Virus record (IMG/VR): IMGVR_UViG_3300033076_001485
Location: 59,470-123,469 of that record
DNA from: a virus
Lineage: Duplodnaviria; Caudoviricetes
Length of the DNA stretch: 64,000 nt
Strand: one strand, 5' to 3'
Positions 21,311-31,914 of this stretch are shown here, piece after piece. Below the pieces are notes generated by a model. It was not told the DNA's origin. It did no database searches and saw nothing but the letters and a program-made list of their open reading frames with translations. Numbering within the stretch: position 1 is the first letter of the stretch; each line of letters opens with the position of its first letter. The position numbers and the translations under genes were made by a program.

Positions 21311-24280
21311 ATGATCCCAGGCGTTTACTCAGGCGAAGTTGATCTAACAGGCGTATCAACGACACCCCCATCAGGTCCATCAGTAGGTATTGTTGGAACA
21401 GCACAATCTGGTCCCGCATTCGTTCCTGTGAGCGTGGGATCTGTTAGCGATTTTAATCGCGTTTTTGGCGAAGCAACTAGCACAAATTACGCAGCTATCG
21501 CAGGACAGCAATATTTTGCAAATGCAGCGTCACCTTCTTCAGTTACTTTCCTACGCACACTAGGCGCAGGTAATGGACAGCAAAGAAGCACATCAACAGG
21601 TCAAGTAACAAATGCTGGCTTTTTGGTTGGTGAAAAGCAAGTGCAGGTAAATGGTGTAGTTGGAAGAAATCCATACGCAACAGATGGTGGTGTTCCAGGA
21701 AGAACTTACTTTTTAGGCTGCTACATGTCTGAGAGTGCTGGCTCTTCTATATTTTCTGATGCAGGAATTCAAGTAGATTCAAAAGCACACCCAATTTTAC
21801 GTGCAGTTCTGCTTGCCCCATCAGGAGTAACACTTACACTTTCAGGTAATTTTAATACCAACAACACGCCTTCGACCTCAGCAGCAACATCAGGTGGCCC
21901 AAATGGTGCATTAACGGGTTCAGTAAACATAACAGATTCAACTTTTGTAATGTTACTAAATGGGTTTACAGGAGAGGTGAATTCAATTACAGCATCATTT
22001 GATGTTGCAAATCCAAATCACTTTTCTCAAAATGCCAGCATCAATAGAGATCCAACAAGAATTGAAGAGCTTGGTCACGTTCTTTACGCATACTACGATG
22101 TTCCATCATCTTTGGCAGTCGTTACAGGCTCGGGTATCTTGGACGCAGCATCGGCAAGAGCTTTTGCCGGAATTGAAGATGCAGCATTTATAACAACAGG
22201 ATCACTTGCAAGAGACACAAGTTCATCGACAACACCAAATTATGAAAACTTCAGAGATCGTTTCACGCATGCTAAAACACCTTACGTGGTGTCGCAGGAT
22301 TTTGGCGGAACAAAATATGATCTTTTTAGAGTTCATACACTCGGCGACGGTGAGTTTACTAACACAAGATTTGTCTTTGCAATACAAAATATAGTTCCGG
22401 GTGTCGACAATGATACATACGGAACATTTGATCTAGTTCTTTACAGCTATCCTGTTGGACAAGTATTTAATCTTACACCTGTCGCTGGTGTAGACTTCAC
22501 AGGATTGACTCTCGATCCAGATTCACCCAATTATATTGCTGCTAGAATCGGCGACCAAAGTACATACTTTGACTTTGATAAAGGCGTAACATCACAGAAG
22601 ATTGTTACAGACGGTGATTATCCAGTAACAAATCCGTATGTAAGAGTTGAAATGTCAGATATGTTCCTGGCAGGTGAGGTTCCTGTTGCGGCATTGCCAA
22701 TCGGGCACAGAGGTTATGGACACCTTGTGACATCAGGCAGCCAGCTGTTGACAAATCTCTCTGATTCACTTCGCTTTGCTTCTGGTCAGACAGACGTCTT
22801 AAAACGCGTTATTGAGCCACCCATTCCTTATCGTAGAAATATTGCGAATGGTGGCGTTGTTGATACATCTCTCTACTGGGGAATGCAGTTCACAGATGTA
22901 CCTGGAGTAACTGATTTTAATTCTACAACTTCAAAGATGACATATGTTGATAGTCACACTAAATTCTTCCCAGGATTTTCACCTTCAAATATGAATTTCT
23001 TTGTAGATAATAATCCAGGTGCAGCAACGGTTGATGGCAACGTAAGAGACTCTGATCTTTTTAACAATAACTTTTTCTCACTTGAGAAGATTAAGGTAGT
23101 AACTGGTTCGTCTGCTATCAATAATCGTGCTGACAGCACACAGTGGGCAAATGCTGTTTATGTTAGAAATGGTAACATACCTGCAAATGATACAACAAAA
23201 ACACGTGCTTTCCGCATTGACGATCTAAGAGAGACAGGTAATCGTCAATTTGCATCGTTCTTGTTTATTGCTCAGGGCGGTTTTGATGGCGTTAATATCT
23301 TTAATGCAGATAAAACTAAATTAACAAATGATGCAATCAAGAGAGAAATTGATGATACAGCAGGACAGGGTGGGACAGCAGGCCCAACAGTAGCTGCTTA
23401 TCGCAAAGCAGTTGATATAATGGGCAGCAAAGACGATGCTGACATAACACTTCTAACAATACCCAGCATAAGAAATAGTGCAATCACAGATTACGCAATC
23501 AGCGCAGTTGAAAATCGCTATGATTCACTTTACTTGATGGACATCGAAGAGCGTAACAGCTATAACGTCGTTCTAACGGGCTCATATGACGGTTCACAGG
23601 TCAGCATCTCTAACACAATTAATGCCTTTAGAAATCGTGGCCTCAACACATCATTTGCAGCTGCATATTTCCCAGACATTAATATCCCATTCAATGGTAC
23701 AACAACACGTGTACCACCTAGCGTTGGTGTTTTAGGGTCATTTGCTTATAATGATAGAGTCTCTTACCCGTGGTTTGCACCTGCAGGTGCAAATCGTGGC
23801 GTGATTACAACAGCAGGAACAGCAGCAACGCAGATTAAGCAGGGAACTCTTGCTGATTCAATCTACGATGCGCATATCAATCCAATTCTTGACATTACAT
23901 CAAATTCTGATAGAAAACTTGTAATCTATGGACAGCGAACACTCCTAGCAAAAGCATCAGCACTTGATCGTGTTAATGTTCGTCGTTTGCTTATCTACCT
24001 ACGCAGACAAGTACGTGCAGTTTCTAATCAGATTATCTTTGAGCCCAATACAGCAGCAACGCTTGAGCGCTTCAATAGTCTCGTTAATCCTATCCTTGCA
24101 TCAATCCGCGCTAAGGGCGGACTTGAGCGATACAAGGTTGTGATTGACTCGACAACAACAACACAAGCAGACATCGAGAACAATACCATTCGTGGTAAGA
24201 TCTTTATTCAACCCACACGCTCTATTGAGTTCATCGCACTAAGCTTTGAGCTCACTAATGCAGGTGTGACGCTTACTTGA
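21311..24280 (+). CDS. Contractile tail sheath protein, paralog 2
   Basis: PGVYSGEVDL, GTAQSGPAFVP, PWFAPAGANRG, YGQRTL, SALDRVNVRRL, PTRSIEFI. Confidence 0.93.
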   Translation: MIPGVYSGEVDLTGVSTTPPSGPSVGIVGTAQSGPAFVPVSVGSVSDFNRVFGEATSTNYAAIAGQQYFANAASPSSVTFLRTLGAGNGQQRSTSTGQVTNAGFLVGEKQVQVNGVVGRNPYATDGGVPGRTYFLGCYMSESAGSSIFSDAGIQVDSKAHPILRAVLLAPSGVTLTLSGNFNTNNTPSTSAATSGGPNGALTGSVNITDSTFVMLLNGFTGEVNSITASFDVANPNHFSQNASINRDPTRIEELGHVLYAYYDVPSSLAVVTGSGILDAASARAFAGIEDAAFITTGSLARDTSSSTTPNYENFRDRFTHAKTPYVVSQDFGGTKYDLFRVHTLGDGEFTNTRFVFAIQNIVPGVDNDTYGTFDLVLYSYPVGQVFNLTPVAGVDFTGLTLDPDSPNYIAARIGDQSTYFDFDKGVTSQKIVTDGDYPVTNPYVRVEMSDMFLAGEVPVAALPIGHRGYGHLVTSGSQLLTNLSDSLRFASGQTDVLKRVIEPPIPYRRNIANGGVVDTSLYWGMQFTDVPGVTDFNSTTSKMTYVDSHTKFFPGFSPSNMNFFVDNNPGAATVDGNVRDSDLFNNNFFSLEKIKVVTGSSAINNRADSTQWANAVYVRNGNIPANDTTKTRAFRIDDLRETGNRQFASFLFIAQGGFDGVNIFNADKTKLTNDAIKREIDDTAGQGGTAGPTVAAYRKAVDIMGSKDDADITLLTIPSIRNSAITDYAISAVENRYDSLYLMDIEERNSYNVVLTGSYDGSQVSISNTINAFRNRGLNTSFAAAYFPDINIPFNGTTTRVPPSVGVLGSFAYNDRVSYPWFAPAGANRGVITTAGTAATQIKQGTLADSIYDAHINPILDITSNSDRKLVIYGQRTLLAKASALDRVNVRRLLIYLRRQVRAVSNQIIFEPNTAATLERFNSLVNPILASIRAKGGLERYKVVIDSTTTTQADIENNTIRGKIFIQPTRSIEFIALSFELTNAGVTLT

Positions 24281-24282
24281 TA

Positions 24283-24290
24283 GATAGTTA
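24283..24290 (+). promoter_or_regulatory. Putative late-promoter motif GATAGTTA (tail tube)
   Basis: In a 30-nt intergenic gap, 20 nt before the ATG. Confidence 0.65.
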
Positions 24291-24310
24291 GAAATAGGAG
24301 AAAATTCATT

Positions 24311-24799
24311 ATGGCAGAGACACTCTCAGTCACCGATATGCTTCCTAATAAGTTTGAGCCAAAGCGTCAACATCGCTGGGTCTTCGCGCTTGAGGGAATT
24401 GACTCATATCTCGTGTCAAAGGCATCACGCCCAACATTCACGGGTGGAGAAATCACAATCCCATGGATCAATAGTCACCGTTACCTCGCCAAGAGATTTA
24501 CATTCGGTACTATTAATATCACTCTTCACGATCCAATTGCACCTTCTGGTGCACAGCAAGTGATGGAGTGGTTAAGAACACATCACGAGATGGTGAGCGG
24601 TCGTACAGGTTACGCAGACTTTTATAAGCGTGATTGCCAGCTTAAGATGCTTGATCCTGTTGGAACTGTTGTTGAGCTTTGGGATTTCAAGGGCGCATTT
24701 ATCACAACAGCAAACTACAATGGTGTTGATTACACGAATGATGATATCATGAAGATTGATCTCACATTACGCTTCGACAATTGCGTTCTCCAGTTCTGA
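24311..24799 (+). CDS. Tail tube protein (gp19-like)
   Basis: 162 aa directly after the sheath genes; FEPKR..RW, DPIAPSGAQQVMEW, YKRD..L.MLDP.G.VVE.W...GAF. Confidence 0.88.
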   Translation: MAETLSVTDMLPNKFEPKRQHRWVFALEGIDSYLVSKASRPTFTGGEITIPWINSHRYLAKRFTFGTINITLHDPIAPSGAQQVMEWLRTHHEMVSGRTGYADFYKRDCQLKMLDPVGTVVELWDFKGAFITTANYNGVDYTNDDIMKIDLTLRFDNCVLQF

Positions 24800-24854
24800 T
24801 TTTTATATTTACACAGTAAACTCCTGCCTATAATGTTAGGCAGGAGTTTTTACT

Positions 24855-25709
24855 TTGGCACGAAAAAATGATGTTTTTGCGGCAAGCAGCAATGATAAGC
24901 GGCAGAGTGCACCTGAGGGTGTAATTCGTCAAGATATCATGAAAGAATTTGATTGGGAAGTACCAGTTGATATTTCTCCTCTTCCTTCACAAGGCAGAGT
25001 TTATCCTGTAAATTCTTCTTTGCACGGTAAAGAGTCACTTGCAATTAAAGCAATGACAGCAAAAGAAGAAGATATTTTGATGTCACGTGCTTTTTCTAAG
25101 CAGGGAACAACAGTTACTGAATTAATTAGATCTTGTGTTGTTGATAAAAATTTTGATCCTGGCGATTTGCTTGTTGGTGATAGACAAGCATTGCTCGTTG
25201 CAATTAGAATTACCGGTTACGGTGCTGATTATCGACTCGATCTAGATTGTCCTGCATGCGACAAAAGAAGCACAGGAGAGTTTGATTTAAGCTCACTCGA
25301 GCTTCAAAGACTTGAGATTGATCCTGTCACACCCGGTGCCAATGAATTCTTGACTGTCTTACCCGTCTCTAAAAAGCGTGTAACATTTAAATTTATGACA
25401 GGAAAAGATGAGCAAGAGATGAATTCTCTTGTTGAGCGTAGAAGAAAATTGCTTGGTGACGGCGCAGAGAACGTTATTACGACTCGCTTGTCATTCCAGA
25501 CCCTGTCTGTCGAGGGAATCACTGATAAGAATAAGATCGGCATGTTTATTGCTAATATGCCCGCAAGAGATTCGCTTCATCTAAGAGAGCATATTAGAAA
25601 ACACGAACCAGGCTTGAACATGAAGTCAAATTTTCACTGTTCTCTCTGCGGTGCAGATAGTGAGGTGACGCTTCCTTTGGGCGTAAGCTTTTTTTGGCCT
25701 ACGACCTGA
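24855..25709 (+). CDS. Baseplate hub / tail assembly chaperone (gp26-like)
   Basis: LPSQG..YP, MTAKEEDIL, LLVGDR.ALLVAIR...YG, two CxxC pairs, C-terminal FFWP; TTG start after SD AGGAG. Confidence 0.8.
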   Translation: MARKNDVFAASSNDKRQSAPEGVIRQDIMKEFDWEVPVDISPLPSQGRVYPVNSSLHGKESLAIKAMTAKEEDILMSRAFSKQGTTVTELIRSCVVDKNFDPGDLLVGDRQALLVAIRITGYGADYRLDLDCPACDKRSTGEFDLSSLELQRLEIDPVTPGANEFLTVLPVSKKRVTFKFMTGKDEQEMNSLVERRRKLLGDGAENVITTRLSFQTLSVEGITDKNKIGMFIANMPARDSLHLREHIRKHEPGLNMKSNFHCSLCGADSEVTLPLGVSFFWPTT

Positions 25710-25905
25710 GTACAAAGAAGAGCAATTAGAAGAAGCTTTTGCTTTTATGATGCAAATGAATGTGTCTTATGACACATTCTATAAAATGCCTGTCAAAATA
25801 CGCAGGTGGTTTATCGAGCGTCTGATAAAATATCGAACACCTAAATCTGATAATATTGCAGACAATATGGATGTTCCACTGTCATCTTTGTTTAAAGATA
25901 AGTAG
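25690..25905 (+). CDS. Short ORF missing from the track (gp51-like or chaperone extension), possibly reached by frameshift from the upstream gene
   Basis: The +1 frame reads FFGLRPEYKEEQLEEAFAFMMQMNVSYDTFYKMPVKIRRWFIERLIK...KDK* and fills the gap before the tape measure gene. Internal ATG at 25747 has no evident SD. Confidence 0.7.
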   Translation, partial: FFGLRPEYKEEQLEEAFAFMMQMNVSYDTFYKMPVKIRRWFIERLIKYRTPKSDNIADNMDVPLSSLFKDK

Positions 25906-25923
25906 AATTAAGAGGGCATGTAG

Positions 25924-28179
25924 ATGTCTGCAAGTGAAGCTCAAAGAGAATTAGAGATACAAACTCTAATTACAAAACAATTTGCGATGCAAGCTAAGCT
26001 TAGGCGCGAAGTAGTCATCGGTCAAGCGGACGCGCAAAAAGAATATGAAGCTAATTTAGCTTTGATACAAGCGCAAAATGAAGAAGTACAAAAATATGAT
26101 AGAAGTATTAGAGTAGCTAGAGATAACACTACGCAGATGTATGATGCTAACTCTCGCGCATCTGCTGAATCAACATCTATGATGTCGAAGTTTACAGCGA
26201 CACTGGGTGTCTTTAATCAAGAATCTTTTAGTGCTGCTAAACGCCTATACGATCTATCAGCTGAGCGGCGCGAATTAACAGATGAAATCTCAGCTACACT
26301 AGGCGGATCTTCACGCATCTTTACGTTGCTCGGTCAAAATGCTAAGAGCTCAACAGAACTAATCGATTCAGCAAATCAAAATGTTACCGGTAAATTAAAA
26401 AAATATTATGAAGACTTCGGCGGCGTAGCAGGTGCCACATTTAAAGAATTAAATGATGGGCAAATGAATTTTGTTGCTCAAGTTAATTCAACCGATCGAG
26501 CATTTTTAAATTCTCAAGCAGCGATGGATGAATTTTATCGCGCATCATCAGGCTATAAGAAAGACCCAGCAACAGGTCAATTTGTTCCAGATAGTTTCTT
26601 CATGGTGCAAGGTGTTCCTCTTGATATTGCGATGGGTAGCAAAAAGAAAGCATTTGAACCATTTTTAGATATTTTAAATGATGAAAATCTAAATCAGCCT
26701 TTTGCAAGAAAGATGCTTAACCCTGAGGCGATGGACGAATCGCTTAAGGAACTCAAAAGAATTAATGTTGCAATTACTGGTCTAGGCATGCAGTCGAAGT
26801 CAGTAACAGATCTTGTTAGAACTAATTTTATAAGATCTGGAGAGGCAACCACAGATTACTTTGACGAAGTTGTAAGAGCAGCTGAAACTGGCCAGAATGC
26901 ATTTGGCTATTCTGCAAACATCATTGTAAATGACATCTATAAGATGACGCAAAACATTGAAATGTTTGGTTTTAGATCGGGCGATGAATTTGCAAAAATT
27001 GCTTCTCGAGCCAAAGATTTGCATATGACAATTGAAGATGTGCAAACTGCAATGGGTAAGTTTGATACATTTGAATCAGCAGCGCAAACTGTCGGTCAAT
27101 TGAATGCTGCACTTGGCACAAATTACGATGCACTTGAATTGATGACGCTAAAATATGAAGATCCTGCGCTAATGCTTGAAAAATTACGCGAAGGATTGAC
27201 ATCGACAGGCAAGACATTTGATGAGATACCAATCACATACAAGAGGATGATCACGCAACAGCTTGGAATAACAATGGAAGGCTTGCGTGGAATGATGGAC
27301 GGTAATGTTCGTTCTCTTGAGGAGATGACAGAGCAGCAAAATAAAGCAAAAAGTGAGCTTGAAGCGGGAACACCGGAACAGGCACAAGTTGCGCTTGACG
27401 CACGTTTAGAGCAGCGTTTCAAAATAACAAATAGCATGATAGAACAAGCCGAAGACATGGCAGGCATGGCAGAACGTGTGGCCAAAGTATTTGCGCAAGA
27501 CGGCCTAAAAGTCTCAGAAATGGCAGAAAGAACAAAAGATTCTATGCACGTTTTAGCACAAACATATACAAAAAATGTTGCTCCTGCTGTTACAGAATTA
27601 GCAAGAACAATTTCGACTGCAGATGATGTTCTTGTGTCAGGCGCAATGAGTTTCACATCAAAAGCAATTGAAAGCAAACTTTCAAAAATTGCAATAGACA
27701 CATCAGTGACAATTTCAAAATTGGTCCTTGATCAAGTTGAAGAAATCTTAAAAAAGATATTTAAATCATCACCAGAGCTTGACTCGTTAATATCAAAAGC
27801 TAGATCATCACAAGTGACTGGCACAACACCTGTTAAAACACCTCCGGCAGAAGATCTTGTAATGAAAGGTGAGCTTGACGAAGGCGATAGAGTAATTTTG
27901 TCCAATTATGGAAGCATACTTAGATCAACTCTTGTTGACAAAAAAGATACGCTTATTGCTTCACCTTCCGTAGAAAAGTCTAATGTCAATGAGAAGATCG
28001 AGCCTACAGCAACAAGAACAACATCACCTGCAATCCCCGCGGTTTCTGATGCTATTCGTGCATCTCTCCAGGGTGTAGGTACGTCACTTCGAATTGAGCT
28101 TGATGTAGGACAATTGACAGATCTTGTTTTGCGCGACATTATGATGAATAAGCCAAACGTCTTTGGAGGCGTCGGATGA
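25924..28179 (+). CDS. Tape measure protein (probable)
   Basis: 751-aa helical Ala/Thr/Met-rich protein after tube and chaperone genes; FDTFESAA..VG.LNA.LG segment. Confidence 0.72.
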   Translation: MSASEAQRELEIQTLITKQFAMQAKLRREVVIGQADAQKEYEANLALIQAQNEEVQKYDRSIRVARDNTTQMYDANSRASAESTSMMSKFTATLGVFNQESFSAAKRLYDLSAERRELTDEISATLGGSSRIFTLLGQNAKSSTELIDSANQNVTGKLKKYYEDFGGVAGATFKELNDGQMNFVAQVNSTDRAFLNSQAAMDEFYRASSGYKKDPATGQFVPDSFFMVQGVPLDIAMGSKKKAFEPFLDILNDENLNQPFARKMLNPEAMDESLKELKRINVAITGLGMQSKSVTDLVRTNFIRSGEATTDYFDEVVRAAETGQNAFGYSANIIVNDIYKMTQNIEMFGFRSGDEFAKIASRAKDLHMTIEDVQTAMGKFDTFESAAQTVGQLNAALGTNYDALELMTLKYEDPALMLEKLREGLTSTGKTFDEIPITYKRMITQQLGITMEGLRGMMDGNVRSLEEMTEQQNKAKSELEAGTPEQAQVALDARLEQRFKITNSMIEQAEDMAGMAERVAKVFAQDGLKVSEMAERTKDSMHVLAQTYTKNVAPAVTELARTISTADDVLVSGAMSFTSKAIESKLSKIAIDTSVTISKLVLDQVEEILKKIFKSSPELDSLISKARSSQVTGTTPVKTPPAEDLVMKGELDEGDRVILSNYGSILRSTLVDKKDTLIASPSVEKSNVNEKIEPTATRTTSPAIPAVSDAIRASLQGVGTSLRIELDVGQLTDLVLRDIMMNKPNVFGGVG

Positions 28180-28379
28180 TGAATGTGAACAATTTATTTG
28201 ATCTTTCTGTGGAAGAAAAAGCTGTCCTTGCTCAATTTGAGAAAGAGATTGATAAAGTTATACTTGCACCCGATCCTGTCATCTCTGAGTCTGTGATAAG
28301 TAAGATTGAAGCAACGTTAACAAACATCATTGAGGAGATCATTAATCGTGGCAGACAGGCAGACAAGAGCAACGCTTAG
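28176..28379 (+). CDS. Small hypothetical protein
   Basis: ATGA overlap with the tape measure gene, SD GGAGG; overlaps the next gene start by 32 nt. Confidence 0.45.
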   Translation: MMNVNNLFDLSVEEKAVLAQFEKEIDKVILAPDPVISESVISKIEATLTNIIEEIINRGRQADKSNA

Positions 28380-31300
28380 AGATTTTCTCTCATCCCGTGG
28401 ATCTCCAGCATCATCCATTACATTATCACCCAACCCAAGTGATACTGCGCCTGGTGATCTTATTAATGAAGGAGATGATTTAGGAAATGATCCGAACACA
28501 GGTAGCCCTGTCGTAGGATTTGATGGACTTGCAGCAGCATATGTTGCCTTTCTAACGCAGCAAAATAACAATCTCTATGAGATTGCACCCAATGGTGAAA
28601 TGGCACCGCCATCTAATCGAGGCAATGCTCTACAAGATCCAGCACAGCAAGGTGCAGTGAGAGTTTTTGCTAGACCGGGCACGACGCTTGGCCAAGCAAT
28701 GAATCTTTCTAATAGCGGCATTCAAGATGAGTCTGATTATCCTGTTGCATCTTACTTAGATAAAACAGGCGCCACTGCAGGATTGAGTGGCGATAATCTC
28801 TTATCCTCTGTCTATGGGAGATCACTCGACTTAACAGGCAATCCAGAGATTGACACATACGTTGATGTCAACACACAGAGCGGAAAAATGCAGACAGGCA
28901 TTTTGCAGACGCTTGACAATAACAATCGTGCGGCACCGCCTGTGAATCCCGGCGAATTGTCATCAGTTGCTATTCCAAATAGAATAACAATCAATGAGAT
29001 AGATCAACAGACACTGCAGACTGCACAGCGAAATTTTGGTCAATACAGCAAAGACAATGGCGAATCCTCACAAGCCTACACATACGACAGATTAAGAGAT
29101 GTAGGTGCATGGATGATTGCTTCAGCAGCAGGATACAATATGCCCGAGGGTGAAAACGACCCACAGAGCGTTGAAAGTTTTTTCACCCAGGGCATCAATA
29201 CTGACGCAAGCATCAGCACAGTTGCAAATCAACTTGCAACAAAACGCGGTGGAGATGTACTGACAACAGGCGACACGCTTGCATCAAACGCACCAGGTTA
29301 TCCAAAACAAGCATCCGGAGCGTCAATGCGCGACGGGCGTGGAGTTGTTAAGCCACCTGACGAGAACGCAAGGTACTCAGCACAGACAACAACGTCCTAC
29401 ACATCAGAGACACCCTTCTCAGATCCTGCAAGAAAGGGTAACATCAAACTATCTCAAGCAAAAGCTTTATTAGCGATCAATAAACTTGCTGAACTTATTA
29501 ATTCCAATTTAGTCAAAGATCCCACGCTTGAAGATGAAGACACACTTAAGAGTCTCGGACCTTACTTTATGGGCGGATCGATTTACAGTCGCGTCAATGC
29601 TTTGAATAGAATGATCTTAAATGTTTCTTACGTTCCCACACGCAGCGCTTATAAAGATGCCGTTGTCGCAGGAATGGCAGTTATGCTGGGTAAAGATGTT
29701 TCGTCTGGCGGAACTCCTCGACAAATCGGTGACTATTTTGGTACAATGCCACAAGCACCAGGTTATTGGGAAGCTGTTGCCAAGTCTGCTGTTGATACAA
29801 TCCGACAAATGCGTGTTACTAGCAACGTTGAAGATAGGTTATCGCCTCAATATTATGTTGATCTCGGCAGAAGCAAAGCTGTCAAGATGATGAATGCTTT
29901 CGCAACTATCGGTGATATTGTTCTTCAAGTTACAGGAAAAACATTTGATCCTAACACGATCGGATCAGACATTAAAACTGCAGCGGGCATCGAGCAAGTT
30001 GATGATCTGCCTGTTACAGCAGGAACGCGCATATCAAAGAGCAGAGAAGGAACGGGTAGATCGCCTCTTGCACTGAGCTGGCGAGGTAACAGTCTACCCG
30101 GTCTTTACATGCTATCTGATGATGTTGTTCGTGCGTCTCTCCAGATGGGTAACTTGGTTACGGGTGAAAATCCTGCGAGAGGTATGCTTGCATCTACGTT
30201 AATTGATAAAACTTATGTAGATCCTTCGCTTAAAGGATCAAAAGCTCGTATCCCTGGAGAAATTGTTAAAATCATCGAAGATAAACTAGATGCTGAATAC
30301 GTGCCTTTCTATTTTCATGATTTAAGAACAAACGAGATCATTTCGTTTCATGCATTCCTTGATACACTATCGGACTCGTTCTCGACGCAGTATAGCTCAT
30401 ACAAGACATACGGACGTGCCGATCCCATCCAGATGTACTCAAGCACAACGCGCTCAATATCACTATCATTTACAATTGCTGCTACTTCTCGAGAGGACTT
30501 TGACGAGATGTGGTACAAAATCAATCGTCTAATTGCGTCTGCATATCCCAAATACACAAAAGGTCAACTTGTTCAGAATAAAGATATTACTTTTGAACAA
30601 CCATTTAGTCAGGTGATTGGTGCAACTCCACTGATGCGTCTCCGCGTGGGAGATGTGGTCAAGAGCAATTACTCAAGATTCAACTTAGCAAGATTTTTTG
30701 GTATCGGAAGTGAAGGAGTTGACGTATCATCTTTTGGCAATCAAAATAAACAAACAACACTACGAGCTGCAGAAAATGATTTAGATGTAAATTTAGCTAA
30801 AGACTTAGCTAAAGGTGTTGCAGGCTTCGGAGCATTAAGTGATACGTTATCTATGTCAAAATTCTATGCATTATTTGGTTCTCCTGTTAAAACGTTGTCA
30901 TCTCTTGCTGAAGCAAGAGGATCTGAAATTAATAGTGGCGTGTTCACTAACATTGCTACAGTCACATCAAATTTTCTAGTTAATGGATTTGTTAATCCGC
31001 TAGGATACTACTTGATGACCACGTCAACACAAAGCCCAGATTCTATTGGCGCTGATGAAAGTGGTTTTAAAAATTTCATTAACAATCTTACAGTATCTTA
31101 CTTAAAACCAAGGGCGCGCCCATATGATGTCGTAGATGGCTCTGGCAATGTTGTCGGTAAATTTGTTGCGCGACGATCACTAAAAGTTGTCATAAAAAAT
31201 CGTCTTAATCCAAGAAATAGAACACAATCACAGGACGCCGTTTTAGGAACAACAAATCCGATAGCCGACCAAGATGTGCCCACTCAAGAGACACGCTATA

Positions 31301-31914
31301 TTGTGTCTGTAATAGATCCTTCGCAAGTCTTACCGATTAAGCGTGATGGTGAAACAGAATTTTCAATTGGATCGCTTGGATCTAATATACTCGTTACACA
31401 TGATGACTTACAGCCCGATCTGGGTAGAGTATTTGCACCTGCAGCGCTCCTTATCAACCCAATAGAAGCAGGTAAAGATATTGGTCTAGCAGCAGCTGAT
31501 TCTTTAGCGGCTGCTGCTAATTTCAATGCATCAAATTTTCTTGATAATGCAGCCAATGCATCGGGAGCAAAAGGATTTATGTCTCCTGTCAACAACACAA
31601 TTGTAAGATCTTTTGAAAACAACAAGGGACGCGGACTTGCAGGAGTCATCAAGCAGCTTTCATTTAACTGGATAGATTTTAACTGGGAGACTGACTGGGG
31701 TGCTCGAGCACCCATGGGAACAAAAGTGACGATCTCATTTGATTGCATCCACGATCTTCCGCCAGGGCTTGATGAGAGTGGTTACATGCGTGCTCCGACA
31801 CATAACGTTGGCTCTGTTATGAATACAATTGCAGGCGACCCGTATGACGACCAGGGCACAATTTCACGCGCCAACTTCGCAAGACAAGGCGCATCTAGTG
31901 TGGTGAAGAAGTAA
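28348..31914 (+). CDS. Large baseplate / tail-tube-initiator-like structural protein
   Basis: GTG at 28348 after SD GAGGAG; F.AF...LSDSF......YGRADPI..Y..T.RSISLSF, PLMRLRVGD and GVI..LSF.W....WE resemble contractile-tail tube-initiator domains. Confidence 0.62.
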   Translation: MADRQTRATLRDFLSSRGSPASSITLSPNPSDTAPGDLINEGDDLGNDPNTGSPVVGFDGLAAAYVAFLTQQNNNLYEIAPNGEMAPPSNRGNALQDPAQQGAVRVFARPGTTLGQAMNLSNSGIQDESDYPVASYLDKTGATAGLSGDNLLSSVYGRSLDLTGNPEIDTYVDVNTQSGKMQTGILQTLDNNNRAAPPVNPGELSSVAIPNRITINEIDQQTLQTAQRNFGQYSKDNGESSQAYTYDRLRDVGAWMIASAAGYNMPEGENDPQSVESFFTQGINTDASISTVANQLATKRGGDVLTTGDTLASNAPGYPKQASGASMRDGRGVVKPPDENARYSAQTTTSYTSETPFSDPARKGNIKLSQAKALLAINKLAELINSNLVKDPTLEDEDTLKSLGPYFMGGSIYSRVNALNRMILNVSYVPTRSAYKDAVVAGMAVMLGKDVSSGGTPRQIGDYFGTMPQAPGYWEAVAKSAVDTIRQMRVTSNVEDRLSPQYYVDLGRSKAVKMMNAFATIGDIVLQVTGKTFDPNTIGSDIKTAAGIEQVDDLPVTAGTRISKSREGTGRSPLALSWRGNSLPGLYMLSDDVVRASLQMGNLVTGENPARGMLASTLIDKTYVDPSLKGSKARIPGEIVKIIEDKLDAEYVPFYFHDLRTNEIISFHAFLDTLSDSFSTQYSSYKTYGRADPIQMYSSTTRSISLSFTIAATSREDFDEMWYKINRLIASAYPKYTKGQLVQNKDITFEQPFSQVIGATPLMRLRVGDVVKSNYSRFNLARFFGIGSEGVDVSSFGNQNKQTTLRAAENDLDVNLAKDLAKGVAGFGALSDTLSMSKFYALFGSPVKTLSSLAEARGSEINSGVFTNIATVTSNFLVNGFVNPLGYYLMTTSTQSPDSIGADESGFKNFINNLTVSYLKPRARPYDVVDGSGNVVGKFVARRSLKVVIKNRLNPRNRTQSQDAVLGTTNPIADQDVPTQETRYIVSVIDPSQVLPIKRDGETEFSIGSLGSNILVTHDDLQPDLGRVFAPAALLINPIEAGKDIGLAAADSLAAAANFNASNFLDNAANASGAKGFMSPVNNTIVRSFENNKGRGLAGVIKQLSFNWIDFNWETDWGARAPMGTKVTISFDCIHDLPPGLDESGYMRAPTHNVGSVMNTIAGDPYDDQGTISRANFARQGASSVVKK

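Noticed and set aside
24818-24853. Hairpin read purely as the tail-tube terminator
   Set aside because: It has a U-tract and may also terminate, but it contains TATAAT and the next gene's SD, so it is reported under the promoter-in-hairpin finding.
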